This document shows, one piece after another, positions 34,943-64,000 of a stretch of 64,000 nt of DNA. A program made the translations under genes and the position numbers. The DNA comes from Gekko japonicus (Eukaryota). The notes under the pieces are model-generated. The model was not told where the DNA came from. It made no database searches and was given only the letters and a program-made list of their open reading frames with translations. Every line of letters starts with the position of its first letter. Within the stretch, counting starts at the first letter, position 1. The stretch is taken from the NCBI RefSeq assembly GCF_001447785.1, contig NW_015173675.1:890643-954642 (forward strand), in the 5' to 3' direction.

Positions 34943-35622
34943 CTAAGCAATTTCAGTAGTGAGATAAGGTCACTTCATTGTCTAGTGAATGGTTAAGCAA
35001 AGAAAACTGCAGGATTGGAAGTAAAGCATAGTAAAAATCTCCTCCTATGTTCTGGTCTCAGTAGTATGATCAAGTGGCAAGTGGTAGGAGAATAATAAAC
35101 TATCCAGATTACAGCAGGAAAGATCCCCCCTCAACCTGAAATGCTAACAAGCTCTATTCCAGGCTCAGACCACAGAGTACTGTAGAGGGCTTTCCTTACA
35201 CAAGTGCAAATCAATAGAAAAGTAGGTATTTCCCTTCCTCTTATACCTCACACACTTCAAAAGTAACTCTTGAAAGAAATTTGCAGTGCTGCATGCTTAA
35301 ATGTGCAGAATCCCACCATTTCAACTTCTATGTATCAAGTGAACCACACTGTCAACTAATAGACTCCTAGCTCTTAACATCAACAATGATGAAATTTAGC
35401 GGTAGTGACAGAATGAGTGTCTCCCTATGCCACGTCTTTCTGTTGCTAAAAATTAACTAGACTCATGTATTCAATAATCAAGCCAAGATCAACTTAAGAA
35501 TGTCGGCCTGAAGGGTATAAAGAAAAATAACTACTTGCCAGCAATGTTGTCCCTGAAGGCAGACTCTGCATATTATTTGAACTGTAATAATCAGGTTCAT
35601 CGACAATAGGTTTAGGTGGACA

Positions 35623-35628
35623 TTTATT
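35623..35628 (-). terminator. Candidate proximal ABCE1 polyadenylation signal AATAAA
   Basis: TTTATT on + strand about 380 nt past the stop. Confidence 0.4.
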
Positions 35629-36009
35629 TATGAAACCCTCAGTCTGAGAGAATCAATTTTTTTAAAATAGCGATCTCTATATTTTGACATTTTTTGTAAA
35701 CCATCTTGTACAGAAAACAGCTGAAAGACTGAAAATTGGAAACATGTCAGCATTTGATACATTAATAAGTTACATCTGAACCCAAATCTCCCCAAGTTGT
35801 GAAAAAAGCACATTGTCTCTTGGGATGATAACTAGCTGTCACTGCTTCGAAGTATTACATCCAAAAGATGGCCTTATCACTGCTGTGGGGTGATAGATGT
35901 TACATGACCATACCACTATTTTTATCTCTGGAATGAGCGCGGTATTTTAAAACCTGATTGCATTTCCTATAACAAAAGTTTCAGTTTTATAAACTGATCA
36001 ACATCTCAT

Positions 36010-54605
<18,596 letters not shown>

Positions 54606-54997
54606 CTAAAGATTCCAAAATGAGGAGAAAAATGCAAATTCTAGAGAGAAACAAAGAAAAAACAACAACCAAGATTAATGAGAGCAAAGAAATACTATGT
54701 TTTAATAAAGTGGTATAGTCAAAGAATAAGCCCACTCAACTTTGCTACATTATTACTACACTCCAGGTTTGTGTGCATTTGAGGAGGGGATAGATCACAG
54801 TTTTTAATTTCTATCTCTATACCCATGGCCTTCAGTCTTTTATGTTTTTAGTTACACTTTGAAGGGCCGGCTCAACACAGTGCATGCTTATTCTCCAGAC
54901 AGTACTAATCAACAATGCCATAAATGTTATAATGCTTCCAAGACTAGAATCAAATTGTTTCTCTTTCAGTATTCCATAATATTTGGAGTTATTTAAT

Positions 54998-55440
54998 GTA
55001 TTTTATTTATTTAAATTTTTTATTCTTCACCTTTCTTCTTCATGGAGCTCAAGGCAGCTTACAGCATAGATAAACCACACAAAATAAAATAAATTAAAAA
55101 CATAAAAACCAAGACTTAAAATCACAGTTCAGGACTGATAATAAACTTAACCAAATGCAATCCTAGCCAATTCAGTACTGCTAATACATTTAGTCAAATG
55201 CAGTCCAAACGCAGCCTTCCACTACCTGAAAATGAGGGAGTCAGGTGCGCCTCCTTGGGAAGGTTGTTCTATAATTGTGGGGCTCCCACTGAACCCACCA
55301 AACAACAGTCTTTGATTGACGGAACAGTTAGGAGGGCCTCTTCCTGTGATCTTAATTTCTGGGCAGGAACATATGGGAGAAGACGGTGTCCAGTCCCAAG
55401 CCATGTAGGGCTTTATGACATGCTGATTGCCCAGTAAGAT
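54998..55440 (-). mobile_element. L2 LINE 3' fragment (similar pieces at about 54000-54315 +, 58475-58850 -, 62180-62250 +)
   Basis: ttttatttattt...gagctcaaggcagcttaca tail signature. Confidence 0.6.
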
Positions 55441-56085
55441 ATAGCCTCTCTGCACCTCCACCCATCCTTTCTTCCACACTCCCGTCCCTTGGCTAACAGG
55501 TTAGTGAGGAGGAAAATGTGCCTGGTTAGGTATGGACCCTAGACATACACTTTCCCTCTCTCTCTCTCATATACACACATCACTCAGCTAGTATCTGTAA
55601 TTATGGGCAAGAAGGCTAATAACATTCAGAAAGTTTGAAAACATGGAATAATAGGGGGCACTTTGTTAAACCTGGAAAAAGTGTATGAAAAGTGGAAAAA
55701 GTGTATGAAACATCTGTTGTCAGATGTGAATCCTTTGGTATCTTATAAGGTAGCACTTTTTGCATTAGCAGCGAGGAAAGCTAGAGCAAAGGTGGTTCTT
55801 AGGAACGCAGCTTACTGAGATGCAAGGTATTAACATTGTCACAACTGGAATTGGAATTTGTAAATGCTGTAAACAATTTTAATTTGAGTCATTTTAAGTA
55901 TTTTAGATATTGTACAAATGAATTTAATTCTCACTGAATTTAAGAACTAAATGTGTATTTTAAGATATTAGGGATCCAGTTTTATATAAAACTAGGAGCA
56001 AAGCTCATTGTGGAGGAAAACAATGAGCCTAGCACAGCGCTACGGAGGCGCCCCCAGTCTCCTGATCTCTCCCCCCGGAGTTGGG

Positions 56086-56163
56086 GGGCAAGGGAGTGGC
56101 TGGGTGACCTCCAGCAGCCTCAGGGCAAGGGAGTGGCTGGGTGACCTCCAGCAGCCTCAGGGC
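56086..56163 (+). repeat. 37-bp perfect tandem duplication inside the Helitron
   Basis: gggcaagggagtggctgggtgacctccagcagcctca x2. Confidence 0.95.
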
Positions 56164-56645
56164 CGGTGGGGCACCCCCACCCAGTGAGAAGCCAACCAGC
56201 TGCATGTAGTTGGCGGCGATAGCAGGATTGGGTGCGGCCGGAGGTGGCCCCCGTGCACTGGAGTGGGTCACGTGGCCATCGTCCGGGAGGAGAGCAGCCG
56301 GGAGCCTGTAGCTGGGCTCGGGTGAGGGTGGCGGCAAGATCGGGGTGGGCCCCCCCGCTGAAGCGGCCGGGCTGCCCATCATCAGATCGCACGGAGGTCG
56401 GGTGGCAATACGCGTTCAGGCGAGGGCAGCGGCAGGCTCAGGCCACGGTCCCCCTGTGGCACGTGCAGCCCATCCATCATCGGGCCACATGCAGCCCGGC
56501 TTGCTATGGGCGCTCGGGAGAGGATGGACATGGCGGCTGTTTGGGTGGCAGAGCGAGACTCCACCCCAGTGTCTTTGAATTGTGGGGCATGTTCGCCCCA
56601 GTGCTGCATCTGTGGGCAGGCATCAGAGACTGCAGCCAGTGGCCA

Positions 56646-58063
56646 AGATCCAAGTTTCGTTTATTGTCTTAGCCATTGGCCATAACAGCACAAAGTAAAT
56701 CAAAGCACAACAGAAATATACATCAATAACTTGCAGTAAGTCCTAGACCCCGTCTTATCTTTTTTGCCGCCAGTGCAAACAAAGCCATTCTGCTAGTAAC
56801 ATGTGCATCAGTATCAGAAAGCAAGAACACGGTCAAATACTGCTCAGCAGTTCCATTATACAGAGGTACAATAGGATAAATAAACCTTTGCCTAAGTGAT
56901 TCGTGCCATAAACATCTCAGAATGTAATGCTCGACATCATCCACTTCATCCATACCACATAGGCATATTCTAGAAGCGGCAGGGGCACCCAGAAAGCGAC
57001 CAATACAAACCATTGAAGGTATGGCATGGAACCTTAGGGCAGTAAAAGCCCTTCTCAGCTCCAAAGTAGTTAGTTTCTCAAGATATACAGTCCTACAATG
57101 GTCTCTTTTGAAGATCTTATACAAGGGGGCTGTACGGCAACTTACTACCATATGTCGATTCAAAAGCCCATCCTTATTAAATACCCATTCCTTCAATGTA
57201 GCCCTTTGGTTTTCGTTTACCAATAGGTCATCGGGGATTGAGTATTTCACTAAAATAGAGTTCAAGTAATCATCTGATCTTTTCGAGGATTTCAACAGCA
57301 AACCAAAACTTTGAACACCTAGAATATCCTGAGGTCGTTCTAAACATTTCCTCCAATACGAGAGGATTCTTACATTTGCCCTGGCTTTCAGGGATACCAT
57401 ACCCAGTTCAGCCCTCATGGTAAGACCAAAATCCGCCTCATAAAATAATTTTGCACTGTTTCTAGCAGGGACAGCAGCGATTCGTCCCAACCCCAAATCT
57501 CTACCCCATACAGCATTGCTGAAATTATCTTACTCGTGTATAATTTAACAACTGGGTCAATCATACCTCCACCCCTAGAAAAGTAAAACTTCAGCAAAGC
57601 CCCTAGATTGTTCATGGCAACGGTCTTCAGTTGTGTGATATGGGGATGCCAGGAGAGGGTTTCTGAGAAGTTTATACCCAGATATCTGTATGTGCTACAT
57701 TGCTCAATTGGTGTACCAAGAATACTCCAAACGGATTTCTTGGGTCTTTTCCTGAAAACTAGCACTTTAGATTTGGCGTAGTTTATTTGCAGGGCTTCTG
57801 CCCTGCAATATTCGCCCAATTTATTAAGTAACCTCCTCAGACCAATCTTGGTTACAGAAAGAACCATATCGTCCGCATACAAAAGAATTGGAACTTTGTA
57901 TTGCCCTATGGCTGGTGGCATAAATTCACTGCCTTCCAAATTGGCAATTAGGTTGTTCAAATACAAATTAAACAGGGTGGGAGCTAGCACACAACCCTGT
58001 TTCACTCCCTCGTGCACAAGTATCTCTTCCGTGAGCCGGCCCTCCCTTCCGACCTTGACACTT
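56646..58063 (-). mobile_element. RTE-X-like LINE, 5'-truncated, with 12-bp TSD
   Basis: RT motifs GVKQGCVLAPTLF, LLYADD, YRYLG; C-terminal CxC..E..H...C; frameshift near 57500; AATAAA; TSD AGCCAGTGGCCA at 56634-56645 and 58064-58075. Confidence 0.88.
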
Positions 58064-61000
58064 AGCCAGTGGCCAGCGTCCCTGGTGTGAGTGACGGCTG
58101 CCTCAGCCTATGGCTGAGGGAGCGCATCGAGCGTGGTCACCCAAAATTAGCTTTATAATATAGAGACTGTGACGGCCAATGGCCACATACAATACACTTT
58201 ATTCTATTCTATATTGCAGTATTGTCACCCAAGGCAATTAATGTACATCTTACATTCATTCTCTGCTATAAAACTAATATTATTTTGATACTGTAAGAGG
58301 TCTCGAACAAACATATGGAACAGCACTTGCATTATCCCACAGTAACCCACCTTGTGGACAAGTCCTTCCCTCCTCACCCTCTGAATATATTTTTAACTTT
58401 AAAAATTGCAGAACACATTTATATATGGTAGGCGACACATCCTACTGAAATTCTTGTCATTTCTGGTGGATGTTTCTTTATTAAAACATTTATACTGTGC
58501 CTTTCCCTGGGGGTTCAAGGCTGCTTACAATTCTAAACTAGAACCATTCATAAGACCACCTAACTCACCAAGAAAATGCCTACAACCCAAATCCCATTAA
58601 AAGTACTAACAAATAAAACACAATGCCTCCTAAAAACTTCCAAGGATGGCACTATCTTCACTTCCTCAGGGAGCCCATTCCACAAAACAGAAACCATTAG
58701 TGAAATGAACAGACTCTAGTAGATGCTAAGTGGGCAGTCTTAAGAGGGAGGACAGCCAGAGGTGGCAGCTAGAGGACCATAACAGACACACATGATTTAT
58801 GGGGAGAGATGGCCTTATGTGGGTCTAGAGCCATGAAGAGTTTTTATTATTAAGCTATTATCTCCTCCTCCTTCAGTTGGTTTTATGGTTTGTGTGGTTA
58901 ACATAATACAAAATACCTTCAATTTAAGATATAAACCAATGGGAAAAAAAATCAAAACACTGGTCATGAAGGAACTGAAGTGACATAACAGTGGAACAAT
59001 GAAGACTAGCAACAAGTTAATGGTTAGGATGCCTTCAACAACAACTTTCTCCTTTTGAAAAACTATCCCATTATCCTTGAGGGCTGTGCTTTATTTACCA
59101 TGTTTCTGAAATGAATGCTACAAAATTACAAGGTGAACATAATACTAGCATACTCCTAGCTTCCATCTTTTGTCCTGATCATTATCCACAAGTGCACTGT
59201 CCTGAAAAACGGGAATTACAAGAATTGAACAGACTAATACTCAATTTTCCAGTGAAAGCTTTAATCAAAAGTGCTTAGGTCACTAAAGTTTGGACCCAAG
59301 CAGACATTTACATGCGCTAATGCTAGATAGGAGCATTATGGGATACTGTGTTGCCCAGATTAAAAAACACACTTTGACAGGAATCAGTACATTTAGTATG
59401 GTAATACAGTAGGAATACTTTAATGTTTCTGAGCTGGCTCTTAGAAGTGATTAGATATCCAGATTAGACCTGCCTCAGAGGTAAGCTCTTCCAATTTGTT
59501 ATTTCCTACAAATGTTTAGGATGTACTATAGCATACACATCACTTCTACTTGTGTGAAACCTCCCTTCATACAGCTAGAGTCCACAAAATCACAATATGT
59601 ATTAAGAAGACATCCTAATCTTTTTCATCTTTTATGTCACAAATTCATAAACATATTTGAATGAAAGAATCTACCTCATTCACTTTTTAATCAAAAAGTT
59701 GTCACAACAACACATAAGCAGTCTCTTTTTAAAATCTTGTATGCAATATCTAACATACAGATTTTTATATAATGCTATGTTCCAGTACATGTTCCCCATA
59801 AACAGATCATTCTTACTGCTAAGACAGCACCAAGTTTTTAGGGAGTCTACCAATTCATGAGAAGCTCAGTTTGTGCAATAAAATACACTTCTGATTCCAG
59901 AGTCAGTGGAGACTACAATAGCCATCCTTCGTATACTGCACACACATAAAATTTCTGTAAAATGGAGAATCCTATCTTGTGTCTATAAAAGTAGTATCAG
60001 GATCATAGAAAAAATTATTCTTTCAAGTGTATTAAGTATCTCGTTATTTTTGGATAGCAGAACAATAAGACTATACATATACAAAAAAAAAATGCAAATT
60101 GCACTCACATCCCTTTAAATTCCTTCTAAGACCCGTGAAACAGACAAGAGATTAGCACCTGTTAGAAGGAGGAACACGCAGCCTCAGCTTATCATCAGTG
60201 TACCTTTTTTAAAACGCTGAATACTGTAGACACAAAAATCAGGAAGCAGTTCTCTTCCCATACATGGATATCCCTTTTAATCCCAGGTAGCATTTCCATA
60301 GTCATGCAGGTCCCCCCATGTACCCAAGATGGTTACATGTAACCCACAGAATCACCAGAAGGTACTCCACCTAGTCACTGACAGGATTCATACCAGTTTA
60401 GCTGCAGCCTCACATTACATCATGCGCCTTTTCATTATATGTTAGTATCACAAGAATGTTAAGTGATACACTTCTGTTACTTTCCAGTGCTACAGAACTT
60501 GCTATTGTGACTTTGCTTATAAAGCTGCATGTATTCTTCTGGAAAATACAGACTGCACTAAAATTTATACTTCAAACTGGTATTAATCTACCAGTACAAA
60601 TTGCTTCTCTTTCGCTCTATAGATGACAGCCGTATTATAGAAATATTATAGTTAGAAAACAGGCTAAAACAGACTGGAATTTATGCAGTTTTCTGTGACA
60701 TTCTCTCTTTGTACACAGTCAGACACCAACGCAAACGTTTGTGATAAACAGACTGTAGGAAGCAACAGGTAGTCGTATTATTATGGGTTTATTTGAAGGG
60801 AAAAGACTACAATTTCAACATTTTTTATCGTTACCAACCCCATGTAAACGCTTTTAGAATCTCTGAACACGAAAATCTAGACAGCGATGATGCCCTTTTG
60901 CATTTTACATTTTCTGCTCATATAGGTCACTTTTAGGTTGACGTCCCTCGCTTGAAAAAGAAAAGGCCCATTATTAACGGGAGAAAAGGTGACAGCCAAG

Positions 61001-61328
61001 AGGCCTATCAGGCTCTGGCGGCTGGGAAGAAGACCAGGCCGCCCACAAACAATCCCAGGTTTGTCAGGAAGCATCCTACCGAGATGCATGGGCGGGACGA
61101 GGGGCCTCGTATACTCGCTAGAAAGGCACCGCGCGACCCTCCCCCCTGGGGCAACTGCGGCCCAACCACTCCCTGCCACTGTGGTCCAATCGACCCCACC
61201 AGAACAGAGAGAAAGGAGCCCAGGTGGCTCAGTATCGCCCTCAGCCAGGTTCTACTTACTACGAAAGGTTAAGACGGGAGGAATCTCCCGTCCGGGAGGA
61301 GGGCGAATGGGAGACTCGCGGGGCTCAC

Positions 61329-61470
61329 AGCTGGACACGAAGACAACGTGCTCCCGCTGCCACCCGGCCAAAATGGCCGCCGCCCCGAAAGGAGGAGCCG
61401 GTGCCGCTCACCATAGAGATAAAGGTCTATGAAGTATCCGTTAGCGTAGCCATGATCGAGCGCCGGAAGT
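61329..61470 (-). other. ABCE1: ABCE1 non-coding exon 1 (5' end approximate; last exon base 61412 or 61329)
   Basis: Two candidate minus-strand donors, ATG|GTGAGC and CT|GTGAGC, inside the CpG island; the first coding exon has an upstream acceptor, so a 5' exon is required. Confidence 0.55.
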
Positions 61471-61539
61471 ACATGGAGTGGCGTCTGTGAGCGAGAAGGG
61501 AGACGGGCGTGGTGACGTCATTACCTAGCGACGACGTGT

Positions 61540-61595
61540 CTCTACATTGGCGATAGTCCGCGAGGCGGGGTTCAATTGTGCCGGCCGTTGCCAGT
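61540..61595 (+). other. Putative non-coding first exon of the divergent gene (ANAPC10 expected by synteny)
   Basis: Donor AGT|GTGAGT at 61596; ANAPC10 is head-to-head with ABCE1 in other vertebrates; no ANAPC10 coding exon is seen in this window. Confidence 0.45.
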
Positions 61596-62959
61596 GTGAG
61601 TAACTGTTCCGTTCTGTCCCCTCCTTTGTCCTGCCCGCATTTGCCCGTACGACCCCCCCCCCCCATTTCACCTTTCTCTCAGGCAGAACAAATCCTAATA
61701 ATATATATTTTTAAAACGTGCTTCGGACCAACACGGCTACCCTCCTGAATCTACCTCTTTAAAACGTGTAATTCTCTAGCACCAGGTAAAGGGGCTGTAC
61801 AATCGGGTTTAAATATAAAACAAATCGCGCGTCAAATGAAGCGCAAATGTAAGAGTGTAGTAGTGAGAGGGAAGTGCAGCTGCAGAAATACTCAGGCAAT
61901 GCAGGGAATCACTGCTCATAAAGCCAGAGAAATGTTATATATGTGAGAAAGTCTCCTTTATTTAAAGACGGATTTTAATAGCACAAATGCCTCTGATCTT
62001 AGTTTGGTTGTTTCAGGATGTTGTCTAGATCCAGACATACTTTATGCCTTGATCTGAGCTTGTTTGCCTAAGACAGTAACGTTCCTGCTAGTATGTTGCC
62101 TCAGTAGGATGGGATGAAATGGGAGGTTGTTATTTGATTGGTGGCAGATGGGCTGTAACTCTGATTATAGTTACAAGTAATGTAAGCTGCCCTGAGCTTG
62201 CTTGCGGGGAGGGCGGGATAAAAATACTACAAATAAATAAATAAATTAGGGTTTTTTTACTTGTCTTACATGTCTTTTGACATGTAATAGACACTGAGGC
62301 ACTCCCTGAGCACAGAGCATAGAAGTTGAGATGGAGAGCTCTGTGTAAGAGCATGCTGTTCAGGGATGAAACACCCATGCCATGTGCCAGAGGTAGAGCC
62401 TTATGTAAAAACTGTTTATGTTTAAATGTAATTATTATACACACTGGCCCATGCATGTTGACTGAACTGCTAGTGTTAAAGACAAATTGGGTAGTACATA
62501 AATTGTGCATTTAAACATGTCATGTTTCCATGAATAAGTGCTATGATCTACATGTTGTCTGAACTCTCAGGCATTCAAAGCAAACACATGTACATTACAA
62601 ATTTAGCCCCCTCCCTGTGTCTCAGTGAATCTTTTTGACTTAGTGCCCTTCGATTGATTTGGGGGTTTGCAAAATTCAGTGGCAATGGCAATCCTTCTTG
62701 GTTGGGAAGGGTGGCTGTAGAAACCTGGAAAACCTGTACTACTGCACACCAAGTAGTGGGGACATGGGGTTACAAACATCAGGATAGGGAGGTGCATAAT
62801 ACTGTTGAAGTGTTGGTTCGCTCTGTCTGTATGTGTGACATGTGAATGGCTTGTGTATTAGTACTGGATATTACAAATAATGCATCTCTACTTTTATGTG
62901 TATTTTAAAAAGGCACTGGATTTCCATCTTCTGGTCATGCTAAGTATTCATTGTGTATA

Positions 62960-63905
62960 AGCTCGGTACTTTTCAATATTTTTATCAATGATCTGGATGA
63001 AGGGGTAGAAGGGCTACTCATTAAATTTGCTGATGATACCAAATTGGGAGAATTAGCAAACACCCAAGAAGATAGAGTTAAAATTCAACAAGACCTGAAT
63101 ACTCTGGAGAAGTGAGCAGTTGCAAACAGGATGCAATTCAACAGAGTTATATGCACAGTATTACATCTGGGTCACAAAAATGTCAAGCACAAATACTGGA
63201 TGGGGGATACATTTCTGGGGAGTAGTGTATGAGAAAGAGATCTTGGGGTAAGATTGGACTGTAAACTAAATATGAGCAGTCAGTGTGATGCGGTGTTAAA
63301 AAAGGCAAATTCAGTCTTGGGTTGTATTAAAAGGGCCATAACATCGAAATCACAGGAGGTCATAGCCCCTCTGTATACTGCCTTGGTCAGGCCACATCTT
63401 GAGACTTGTGTGCAGTTTTAGAGGCCTCACTTCCAAAAGGATGTGGACAAAATCGAGAGGATGCAGAAGAGAGCGACGAGGATGATCAGGGGTCTGGAGA
63501 CTGAACCCTACGAGGAAAGGCTAAGGGCCTTGGGAATGTTTAGTTTGGAGAAGAGGAGATTGAGGGGGGACATGATTGTTCTCTTTATATATTTGAAAGG
63601 CTGTCATTTGGAGAAGGGCAAGGAGCTGTTCCAGTTGGCAGCAGAGGATAGGACCCGAAACAACGGGTTTAAATTACATGCAGAAAGGTATCGACTGGAT
63701 ATTAGGAAGAACTTTTTCACGGTCAGAGTAGTTCAAAGGTGGAATCAGCTGCCTAGAGAGGTGGTTAGCTCCCCTTCACTGACAGCTTTCAAGAAGAGGC
63801 TGGACGAATATTTGTCAGAGATGCTTTAGGCTGATCCTGCATTGGGCAGGGGGTTGGACTACTAGATGGTCTGTATGGCCCCTTCCAACTCTATGATTCT
63901 GTGAT
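62960..63905 (+). mobile_element. CR1 LINE, 5'-truncated, decayed RT
   Basis: FNIFINDLD..KFADDTKL, LVRPHLE, LEKRRLRGDMI, RWNQLPREVV motifs; internal stops; tail ctatgattctgtgat. Confidence 0.92.
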
Positions 63906-64000
63906 AAGAAACCAAAATGAATGAAGAGGAAATTTTAAGTTTGAGAACTCTTTTGCTCTTTTATTCATTTAATTTTTTTATCTTGCCATCTACCAAGGAT

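Larger units (their letters stand above)
55992..58166 (-). mobile_element. non-autonomous Helitron (interrupted by an RTE-X)
   Basis: 5' TCTCTATATTATAAAG at 58166; 3' perfect 9-bp hairpin (56003-56028), 7-nt spacer, CTAG|T; no TIR or TSD. Confidence 0.75.
55714..58212 (+). mobile_element. old RTE-X-like LINE 3' end, split by nested insertions (pieces 55714-55991 and 58167-58212)
   Basis: 55714-55818 encodes LLSDVNPLVSYKVALFALAARKAR..AAY*, homologous to the C-terminus of the 56723 ORF; 3' motif ggccaatggc...caata resumes after 58166. Confidence 0.65.
61000..61670. promoter_or_regulatory. Bidirectional CpG promoter: ABCE1 (-) and putative ANAPC10 (+)
   Basis: CpG-rich; YY1-like AAAATGGCCGC 61370-61380, ETS CCGGAAGT 61463-61470, CRE TGACGTCA 61513-61520, ATTGG 61546-61550, GC box 61562-61570; splice donors point outward on both strands. 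Confidence 0.8.

Noticed and set aside
56086-56163. CRISPR-like direct repeats (37 bp)
   Set aside because: Two head-to-tail copies with no spacer, in eukaryotic DNA with no cas genes.
56723-58017. Domesticated reverse transcriptase gene
   Set aside because: 5'-truncated within the RT, frameshifted and flanked by a TSD; an ordinary dead LINE copy.
62000-64000. ANAPC10 coding exon
   Set aside because: No ANAPC10-like peptide found; the region is intron-like DNA plus a CR1 fragment.

Overview
Vertebrate genomic DNA, probably a squamate lizard (gecko-like, inferred from the repeat content: 5S- and tRNA-derived SINEs, CR1, L2, RTE-X, Penelope, hAT MITEs). It holds two complete multi-exon genes arranged tail-to-tail. 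OTUD4 (+ strand, 21 coding exons, 5327-32236, about 1112 aa OTU deubiquitinase) and ABCE1 (- strand, 17 coding exons, 54572-36010, 599 aa ribosome-recycling ATPase) were both reconstructed by hand with GT-AG junctions and continuous phase. A CpG-rich bidirectional promoter at about 61.0-61.7 kb drives ABCE1 and, by synteny, probably ANAPC10. Most ORFs in the supplied track are spurious. The most notable observations are: (1) a three-layer nested transposon in ABCE1 intron 1 (old RTE-X > non-autonomous Helitron > younger RTE-X) whose 12-bp target duplication nearly copies the LINE's own 3' motif; (2) an ORF1-only, polyadenylated L1-like (HAL1-like) element; (3) ABCE1 substitutions adding cysteines, one inside the Fe-S domain; (4) uORFs in the likely ABCE1 leader; (5) a 130-nt hairpin beside an OTUD4 exon with tandem splice sites; (6) a 1-kb CpG-rich PIF/Harbinger-like element in ABCE1. 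Repeat family names and comparisons with human proteins come from memory, not from database searches. Repeat boundaries are approximate unless a TIR or TSD is quoted.
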